In this document: piece after piece, positions 56,945 through 64,000 of the stretch | Layout of the letters: each line of letters opens with the position of its first letter | Position numbering within the stretch: position 1 is the stretch's first letter | Sequence record: NC_041972.1 | Direction: 5' to 3' (one strand) | Length of the DNA: 64,000 bases | Program-made: the position numbers and the translations under genes | The notes under the pieces: model-generated | Seen by the model: the letters and a program-made list of their open reading frames with translations, nothing else | What the model was told of the DNA's origin: nothing | Database searches by the model: none

Positions 56945-58015
56945 ATGGCTGGAGTGGATATTGGGCAATCGATTCAAAACTCGATTAAGGCAGCAGGTTC
57001 AGTAACAACCAACGCCGTGAACAAAGTTCAATCAACTTTTGTCGGAGGCGTGAAAGAAGACCTGGCATTAATCGATGCCAAAGCGAAGTCAGCGGTACAA
57101 ACCCTGAACTCGTTTAAAGATACCCAGATTGGTGCGATCGATGGCTTTATCAAGAAAGTCTCCGGGGGTGCACTCAGCATCTCTGAACTCTCGAGCATCA
57201 TCGACGTACGCAATGGCATCAGCATTGACTACCAGCGCCTCTATCGTCGCTTAGGGGACGCGGCGGGTTTCCCGATGGATTCAATCATTGGGATGACAGC
57301 TGATCTTAAAATGGAAGTGGCGAATCTCCTTGATGCCTATTCCAGCAAGAACTACACCTACCTGCTTAATAAAGCCGGCGTGAAGATCGGGGTCAATGAC
57401 TCAAGCTATCAAGCGGCACAGTTGATTGCTGGCGTGATCAGTAAGATGTCCAAGTCGGACTCTGACTTTAATACCATGGTGGATGAAGCAGCGCAACTGG
57501 CACTATTGAATGTCATGGTGCGTAATGCGGTGCAGGTCGGACTCTGGTCAGGGATTGATACCTTACTGGGTCAGTACACTGATAAAGCAGCCGGGATCAC
57601 CAATCTGGCGACCTGTGCCCAGATCTCGATTCGGGGCGGCGATGTCTTTACCACCAAGTACATCATTGACACCGTCGGGATTGCGCGGGTCACTGCACTG
57701 AACACCGATTTCCTGACTGACATGTTACGCTACTTTAAGTTCAAGAGTGATGTGACTGCGGATCAGTACGCGAACTACCTGGCAACGTTGACTTACTGCT
57801 TACAACAGGCCGAAGCGGATTGGGCATATATGCAGTTCGGGACAGTGCGGGCATTGCGGTTAAAGCCGTTCACCAATGCGTCAACGGATGCGATCACTCT
57901 GTTCCAGCATACTGACGAATACCGTCAGCACGTCATGATTGCCCGGACTTATCCACCCCGTGATCTGATGGATTTACTGAAACAGAATTACCCGTACATG
58001 GCTGTCGTGCAATAA
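56945..58015 (+). CDS. Putative virion structural protein
   Basis: 356 aa, GAGGT RBS; core structural context. Confidence 0.6.
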   Translation: MAGVDIGQSIQNSIKAAGSVTTNAVNKVQSTFVGGVKEDLALIDAKAKSAVQTLNSFKDTQIGAIDGFIKKVSGGALSISELSSIIDVRNGISIDYQRLYRRLGDAAGFPMDSIIGMTADLKMEVANLLDAYSSKNYTYLLNKAGVKIGVNDSSYQAAQLIAGVISKMSKSDSDFNTMVDEAAQLALLNVMVRNAVQVGLWSGIDTLLGQYTDKAAGITNLATCAQISIRGGDVFTTKYIIDTVGIARVTALNTDFLTDMLRYFKFKSDVTADQYANYLATLTYCLQQAEADWAYMQFGTVRALRLKPFTNASTDAITLFQHTDEYRQHVMIARTYPPRDLMDLLKQNYPYMAVVQ

Positions 58016-58019
58016 CCAA

Positions 58020-58054
58020 CATAAGGAGAGGGCCAGCGCCCTCTCCTCTATGCC
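58020..58054. terminator. Bidirectional terminator
   Basis: CATAA-GGAGAGGGC-CAGC-GCCCTCTCC-TCTATGCC between convergent genes. Confidence 0.75.
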
Positions 58055-58065
58055 GTCTTTCTTTT

Positions 58066-58782
58066 TTATGCCGACCCTATTAGCTCTAACACTGGGCGCC
58101 AATGCATATTGCTAGCGGTATAATTTTTGTTAGTATTACCGCTTTTGGTAACAGCGCTGTACGGTCCAATGTTGTTACTTGTGACGTTGACTTGTGTTTC
58201 CTGACACTGTATAAGTGTCGAGGATACAGCTAAGTTGATCGAAGCCCACTTTTCCCCTGACTCAGTTTGCGCGGCAGTAGTCTCGCTGGCAATATGGAAC
58301 ATGGTGCGACCCCATTCTGATGTTTTCTCAATCGCATTAGGGGGGTAGGCCAATGGGTCTGCTAAACCACATTTTGGTAATCGTACCAGAAACTTATAAC
58401 CAAGAAAGGTGATGGTCTTATTCTGCGGCACTAATGGCGTTGCTGGGTATGGGTATTTGCCCGGCCCTGCGATGCCATACACCATCCCTTTGGCATACAG
58501 CTGCTCCCAACTACACGAATTTATCATAGTGGCAGTAGGAATGAACAAGATTTTACCATCAACAACAAACTTCGCCCATGTGACGCCGCTGTTATATACG
58601 GTCCCATTGTTAAAACCGGTTAAGGAGCGTAGCGTTGCAGTATCTATAAACTGGCTAGGTGGGATCGTGCCGTAATATCCGGTTTCATACCCTGGACTGG
58701 GATTGTAATAGTTGAGTAGGGTTGCTGGACCCGGTCCAGTACCCACTAACTTTTTCCCACCAAAAAATAACATTTCTAACAT
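58066..58782 (-). CDS. phiKZ gp131-like tail/baseplate-associated protein
   Basis: MLEMLF start; GYYG....FI, W.KF..DGKILF.P, SW..LY..G.VYG, F.VRL, SEW, terminal WRPVLEL. Confidence 0.8.
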   Translation of the reverse strand: MLEMLFFGGKKLVGTGPGPATLLNYYNPSPGYETGYYGTIPPSQFIDTATLRSLTGFNNGTVYNSGVTWAKFVVDGKILFIPTATMINSCSWEQLYAKGMVYGIAGPGKYPYPATPLVPQNKTITFLGYKFLVRLPKCGLADPLAYPPNAIEKTSEWGRTMFHIASETTAAQTESGEKWASINLAVSSTLIQCQETQVNVTSNNIGPYSAVTKSGNTNKNYTASNMHWRPVLELIGSA

Positions 58783-58906
58783 AGCGTTAACCTTGGTTAA
58801 AGACGTTCATAGAATCTACAGGAAGTCTAGGTCATGCACCGAGAATAAGGTGAGGGAGTGGCGTTTGCCACTCCCTTCCACCTATGCTGTTTTTTTTGTT
58901 GAAGGA

Positions 58907-60895
58907 TCAGTTGCGGTACGTACCCTCGACAAAGGCGCTGATAGCTTGCCCGACCAGCGAGGACGAGAAGGTTGCAGCCATTTGGGTTGGGGACACCCAC
59001 TGTTTCACATCAAGCTGGGTCTTGGCTAACACGCGTGCCAATTTGTCTGAACGGTAGATCTGTTCATTCAATCCCATACCAGACAGCACCGCCAGGTAGT
59101 CGGAGTAGTTGTTGTCATCGGTCATGAGCTTAGCCGCTGCACGGGCCGGGTTGGTTAAGTCACCCGGGTTCAACGCAGGATCGATCGGTGCATGCAGCAT
59201 TGGTGACATATCGGCCACCGAGAACGTCACGTCAATCCCCAAAGGATGTTTGTCTTTGTTCCAGCCCACGTTACCCACACCACGTTGAATACTCATTGAG
59301 TCGATCATCCCTAAACGGGTTTGTGAGCGACCTTTTGAATACGCTTCGACTAAGAACGGTGAGGTATAGGCCTGAGCGCCCACAGAACGCGGCAGGACCA
59401 TGTTTAACAAACAAACCAAGGGAATGATCAGGTTCTGGATGCGTGCCACTGGGTGACCGTACGGAGAGCGTAGATTGATGGTGTACGTTTCCCGGGGTAG
59501 TGACGCAGTCGAGCCTGTCCAGTGTTGTGGGATCTCAATATAACCTTGGCCCAGCATCAGGTTAACAATCCCACCAAGACTGGTGCCGGATGCATAACCT
59601 TGGACTACCTGCATACTGGAGTCAATCAAGGCATCGATCGGTGCAAAGCCAGTCTTACCGCCGCCGGCCATGAAGCGAGCATCCTGTGCTGCAGTAGACG
59701 CGCCGTTCAGTATTCCGGTTAACTGGTTCTCACCAAACGAACTCTGGAAGGATTCTCCGATCGCGCCGTTATGGTTCACCTTGAAACCAATAAAGGAACC
59801 GCCATCCCGCAACTCCGATTCCATGTGGTCGAGTACACTGTTAAAGAACCCAGTGGATTTCTCCACATCTGTGACCGACGCAGCATCACCGGTGGCAGTT
59901 GGTGCAGTTACTCCGGTATCGCCATCAGCATCCGTGGTGTAGTTCCCCGCCCCTTCCATCCCGGTACCAGACGGATCTTTCACCTGACCCAATCCCGAAC
60001 TGAAGTAGGATTGCAGATACGTGGTCAGATTAGACTCTGGGCTGTCGCCAGCCGGATCGGTCCATTCGTTACCGTGTTTGTTAATCGCCCGGATCGCACT
60101 GTTACGTTCCGTTACCGAAGAGGACTCGATACGCTGGGCCAGTGCTTTCTGCCAACGAATGTGTTTACGGTTTGCACGGTTAGCAAGATAGAAAAGGTCA
60201 ACAGAACCATCAGCACGCCACAAACCAGGCAACATGTTCGCAAGCAGTTTACGCTCGTTCGGTGTGTAAGCAGAGAAGTCAAACGTTTGTTCCTTAGCCT
60301 GAGCATGACGTGTACGGAATGCCGGTGGGATAATCCCCATGTTGATCATGATGGCGTTCAACATATTGGTGCAGGATTTCCAATAGAGCGGCATCGCGTT
60401 TTTGGAGTAATAGAACTTGGATTTCGGAATCCCCATCAGCCAGGTAACTGTGGTATAGGTGACCGAGATGGCCTGCAGTGGCCAGTGCACAATCGCTGAC
60501 GCCGCTTCGGCAAAGTGGAACAACCAACCCGGGGCACGACCAGTACGCGCCAGGTAGGCGGCATTGGCATCAAACATGTTGGCCAGGAAACTGAAGATCC
60601 CGTTGAACTCCGGCACCCCCATACGGAAATAGACCACATCGGCATTGTCATCAATGTTAGCACTATAGTCCGACCCCATTCCACCAAACTGATCATTCCA
60701 CCAACGACTGGCACGAATGTCACAGCTCGGCGACCACTGAGGCGGTGGGTTAATCCAGAAGTTACCACCCGGGGTTGTGTCTGTGAATTTGTTTCGGGCC
60801 TTCTGATATTGCCTACGGTCTTTTAACCCGTCATCAATATTTACACCAGAAAGCATAAATGCCTGTTGTAAATAATCATGGTCTTTAATGTTCAT
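58907..60895 (-). CDS. Putative tail/baseplate structural protein (phiKZ gp182-like position)
   Basis: 662 aa directly after the giant tail-lysin gene; YTINLRSPYG and G.IDS.SIQRG baseplate/tube-like motifs. Confidence 0.6.
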   Translation of the reverse strand: MNIKDHDYLQQAFMLSGVNIDDGLKDRRQYQKARNKFTDTTPGGNFWINPPPQWSPSCDIRASRWWNDQFGGMGSDYSANIDDNADVVYFRMGVPEFNGIFSFLANMFDANAAYLARTGRAPGWLFHFAEAASAIVHWPLQAISVTYTTVTWLMGIPKSKFYYSKNAMPLYWKSCTNMLNAIMINMGIIPPAFRTRHAQAKEQTFDFSAYTPNERKLLANMLPGLWRADGSVDLFYLANRANRKHIRWQKALAQRIESSSVTERNSAIRAINKHGNEWTDPAGDSPESNLTTYLQSYFSSGLGQVKDPSGTGMEGAGNYTTDADGDTGVTAPTATGDAASVTDVEKSTGFFNSVLDHMESELRDGGSFIGFKVNHNGAIGESFQSSFGENQLTGILNGASTAAQDARFMAGGGKTGFAPIDALIDSSMQVVQGYASGTSLGGIVNLMLGQGYIEIPQHWTGSTASLPRETYTINLRSPYGHPVARIQNLIIPLVCLLNMVLPRSVGAQAYTSPFLVEAYSKGRSQTRLGMIDSMSIQRGVGNVGWNKDKHPLGIDVTFSVADMSPMLHAPIDPALNPGDLTNPARAAAKLMTDDNNYSDYLAVLSGMGLNEQIYRSDKLARVLAKTQLDVKQWVSPTQMAATFSSSLVGQAISAFVEGTYRN

Positions 60896-60957
60896 TCACC
60901 AACTCCGAATGATTAAGAATAAGAAGGCGGGGCATGACCCCCGCCTGATGTTACTGA

Positions 60958-63900
60958 CTAGCCATTACCGTATTTGCGAGCAAAGCTCACCGGTGGTGTA
61001 CCAGCACCACTGGCAGGTGCTTGCGGTGCCGCCGGTGCAGGTTTGTTCAACATCTGGGTTTGCACCGCAATGAACTGCTTCATGATCTCAACCAACGAGT
61101 TCATGTTATTGTCGATGTTCGCCAGGTGGTCTTTACTGCCAGAGATCGCCGCAGCAGACTCTTTCGGTAAGACCGGTACGGGTGCCGGTGCAGGGGTAAC
61201 TGTCGTGACCTGCGGGGCATTAGGAACCTGCCCTTGGGTCGGTTGCATGCGAGGAGGTGTGTTAAGGGTTGGGGTGGTTGGTGTTGGCGTAGACGCATCA
61301 GCGGCTGCTTGCTTATCGATAGCCGATGCCGTGGAGTCTTTGGCATTCGGTGTCGATGAACCTGCAGAAACGGCTGCTGCTACACTTGGTCCGCTTGTTG
61401 ACTTCAATGCTGGCGCATCGCCCTGGCCCGGAGGTGGTGCTACGGTATTAACCGCAGATGCACCCGGTGCAGTCAGCTCAGCTGCCGTCTTCGCACCCGA
61501 CAGTGCCGGAGTAGAAGGTCCGCTCTGTGCTTGACCGGCTGCCAAGGTTTGTGCCTGGTTATCTTCAGCTGCATCACCTTGTGGGCCAGCAGACTGATCT
61601 TTACCCGACAGAATGTCATCAAACTTCCCAGTCCCCATCAGATCCGTATACTGTTTGAACAACTGACCACGTTCAGCTAAACCGTGTGTCCCGCCGTTGA
61701 CCAATTTGGTAACAGTATTCAGATCCCCTTTCTTCGCAGCTTCCTCAATCCCATTACGCGACTTCCAATACCACAGTGCTGACTTCGCAGCCATGGTTGG
61801 GTCAGTCGAGAGTTTATCGGGATCGGACACCAGGTCAACGCCAAGGCCTTTACTGGCGGCTGCGTAGTTGGCTTTACCGGTCAGCTGCATGAAGCCACGT
61901 CCACGGTACTTCCAACCATCACCCGGTTTGTCGTTCCCCATACGACCGCCGTAGATCGAGTTGGCAATCGCCACTGGACCCGCTGTCGCTAACTGCTGCG
62001 CGGCTGCCAGGGTGGGGAAACGGTTAGGCCAGAGCTTCATCAGAGTCTCTGCTTTATAACGCAGGTTCTCTTCGAGCTTGCTAAAGCCTCCGGACTCCAG
62101 GTGGGTCTGGGCCAAGAGCATGGCGAGTTCTTGTTTATCCGTAATGCCGGACTTCATGGCTTCACGAATCAAGATACGCGCACCCTCTTCAGCACCTGGA
62201 CCTAACTTAATCGGCCCAACCTTCCCGGTGTTGTCAATCCCCCCACCTGCACCTGCCGCACCACCTGCCGCACCGCCACCATAGGCTGTCTCGATACGTC
62301 CCGTTTCCGGGTTGTATGTTGTTACCTGACGCTGAGAGGTATAGACTTGACCGGTGCTCGTCTTCACTTGGTTGTTCACCATGTTACCGGACGAGTCCTT
62401 ACGCCAATCTTTCTCAGTAGTGCCATCGGCCCGTTGTTGCACACCGCCTTTTACCGCTTCGGCAGAATACTGCGCTTGTTTGACTTGTGCCTTCAGGTTA
62501 TTCAGGTGGTTTTGAACAACAGAGGCATCGTCATTAAGTTCACCGGTTGACCACGGCGAGGTCTTAATGGTCCAAACAGAGATCGCATTCACGCCATCGC
62601 TGTATTTGGCATTGGTCATCGCTGTCGCTGCAGCGAACTTCAACTCCGGTGGCATCTTCGGCACAGCAAGCGTCGGTCGGCTGTCTCCAGTCTGGGTATA
62701 GACCGTGCTGGCAAACGCTAAGTACGCCGGTAAGAAGCGACGAGTAAACCACGGCTCCCATGACTTGTAAGACCACTGGTTGGATGGACTCAAACCAAAG
62801 CTTGCAGCAACAACCCGGTAGATGTCTGAGGCTTTACCGTCAAACGTCGCACCGTTATCTGCAAACTTGATCTTGTTCGCCATCACCAGTTCCAACTGCA
62901 GGAGTGTCGACACACGATCAACATCCAACGTTGGCAGGCCATACACTTTCATCCGCAGCGCAGTGAGGTCATCCATCGCCTGACCGGCTTTAGGTAGCAA
63001 GCCACCTAAGAGATCCCCGGCACTGACCACAGTACGATCACCGGTAAACCACGACGACTCTTTATGACCAACCGTTTTCAGCTCAGGGATATCGCCATTT
63101 GGGTTAATGGCTTTGACCATGTCACTGCTGAGTTCACGACTGGAGGCAACCTTATCCATCCCGGTTGCAAAGACCGACGCTGATTTCCCTGTGGTCATCT
63201 TCTGAGCTTTGTTGCGCAGACGATCCAGCACATCTTTTACCAGCGCTTCGGTCTGTTTGCGATCGGTTGCATTCAGATCCGGGAAGATACGGCCGGTAAA
63301 CATGTACGGGTGATCAGATGACTCATCGAACTGCTGTGCACGTTTGGCGATCTCGTACTTCGCCGCTTCATCCGTCGACTTATCCAGATCCATGAAGGCC
63401 TGGCTTGGCAGGACTTGTTTCGCCACGGCTTTGTGGGTCAGGTAAACCGGCTTGAAGCGATGCAGGAACCAACCCGCGAATTGCTCCACTTGATCACGGT
63501 CATTCGGGTCATCAACAAACAATGAACCGAGTTGTGCGATTGGGGCTTTCGGGTCGAGTGAGGCATAGCCATCATCGGTGGTTTTGACATACGGCTCTAA
63601 CGCTGCTTCCAACTTCAGGATGGCCGAGACATGACTGGAGTCATTATCCGGAACACCATACTGACGCAGACGCATCTGCTGCAGTAAACCCGGGTCATTA
63701 AACCAGGTGTATAAAGAACGACCGATAGCACCGCCCCCTAATGCACCAATGGCCCCGCCCGCAATAGCACCGATGGCTGTACCGACAACTGGTACGACTG
63801 AACCGATAGCCGCACCCATCGCCGCACCACCCAGGATACCGCCAACACCGGAGCCAGCGGCTTCTGCCACACCTGCGTTGTCACCTGACTTGTACGAATC

Positions 63901-64000
63901 CCACGCTTCCAGTGCTGAGACCCCGGCTGTGACAATCCCGCCACCTTTAACCAATAGTTTCAGGTTACCGGCAACACCACGGCCCAGCATACCGCCTGTA
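60958..64000 (-). CDS. 3' part of giant tail tape-measure/lysin protein (phiKZ gp181-like) with GH19 domain
   Basis: Frame stays open to the window edge; Gly/Ala-rich GA.IG repeats; GH19 motifs AM.LAQ..HES, EENL.Y, YRGRG..QLTG..NY, SA.WYW, VNGG..GL..R at ~61640-62190. Confidence 0.85.
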   Translation of the reverse strand, partial: TGGMLGRGVAGNLKLLVKGGGIVTAGVSALEAWDSYKSGDNAGVAEAAGSGVGGILGGAAMGAAIGSVVPVVGTAIGAIAGGAIGALGGGAIGRSLYTWFNDPGLLQQMRLRQYGVPDNDSSHVSAILKLEAALEPYVKTTDDGYASLDPKAPIAQLGSLFVDDPNDRDQVEQFAGWFLHRFKPVYLTHKAVAKQVLPSQAFMDLDKSTDEAAKYEIAKRAQQFDESSDHPYMFTGRIFPDLNATDRKQTEALVKDVLDRLRNKAQKMTTGKSASVFATGMDKVASSRELSSDMVKAINPNGDIPELKTVGHKESSWFTGDRTVVSAGDLLGGLLPKAGQAMDDLTALRMKVYGLPTLDVDRVSTLLQLELVMANKIKFADNGATFDGKASDIYRVVAASFGLSPSNQWSYKSWEPWFTRRFLPAYLAFASTVYTQTGDSRPTLAVPKMPPELKFAAATAMTNAKYSDGVNAISVWTIKTSPWSTGELNDDASVVQNHLNNLKAQVKQAQYSAEAVKGGVQQRADGTTEKDWRKDSSGNMVNNQVKTSTGQVYTSQRQVTTYNPETGRIETAYGGGAAGGAAGAGGGIDNTGKVGPIKLGPGAEEGARILIREAMKSGITDKQELAMLLAQTHLESGGFSKLEENLRYKAETLMKLWPNRFPTLAAAQQLATAGPVAIANSIYGGRMGNDKPGDGWKYRGRGFMQLTGKANYAAASKGLGVDLVSDPDKLSTDPTMAAKSALWYWKSRNGIEEAAKKGDLNTVTKLVNGGTHGLAERGQLFKQYTDLMGTGKFDDILSGKDQSAGPQGDAAEDNQAQTLAAGQAQSGPSTPALSGAKTAAELTAPGASAVNTVAPPPGQGDAPALKSTSGPSVAAAVSAGSSTPNAKDSTASAIDKQAAADASTPTPTTPTLNTPPRMQPTQGQVPNAPQVTTVTPAPAPVPVLPKESAAAISGSKDHLANIDNNMNSLVEIMKQFIAVQTQMLNKPAPAAPQAPASGAGTPPVSFARKYGNG

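Noticed and set aside
59771-60499. 242-aa + strand ORF and similar long antisense ORFs (e.g. 39699-40331, 10653-11135, 60974-61534)
   Set aside because: They are fully nested antisense to well-supported genes, lack an RBS or motifs, and are explained by codon bias of the sense gene.
1-64000. CRISPR array, rRNA, integrase/transposase, hslV, nrdA, chimallin
   Set aside because: No regularly spaced repeats or recognisable motifs in this window; nrdA, hslV or chimallin could lie elsewhere in the genome.

Overview
64-kb segment of a lytic jumbo phage genome of the phiKZ-like/Chimalliviridae type, most like Enterobacterales (Erwinia/Salmonella SPN3US-like) jumbo phages. The assignment rests on a split virion RNA polymerase beta C-terminal subunit, a phiKZ-type UvsX and RNase H, head proteins with G-x-E propeptide sites, a gp131-like WRPVLEL protein and the 3' part of a giant tail protein with a GH19 lysozyme domain; it is by recognition, not by database search. 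The left ~45 kb is an accessory region, mostly on the + strand. It holds an AmsF/WceF-like beta-helix protein, Tpt1/KptA, an HNH endonuclease before nrdB, a YgiB lipoprotein, an orphan HigA, MazG-like, tdk, HslU, a DHFR fusion, a Lar-like protein and many small or membrane ORFs. The right ~20 kb is core genes plus a SLOG-Macro-NADAR/SLOG ADP-ribose cassette. No tRNA, rRNA, CRISPR array or integrase was seen. Strongest leads: (1) a free-standing 47-aa ORF (19685-19828) that looks like the acidic Cys-pair C-terminal redox tail of ribonucleotide reductase alpha, in a window with nrdB but no nrdA; (2) the ADP-ribosylation-reversal cassette next to uvsX; (3) hairpin terminators followed by a conserved TATGC; (4) an early operon of related hydrophobic proteins; (5) an HslU lacking its HslV-docking tail.
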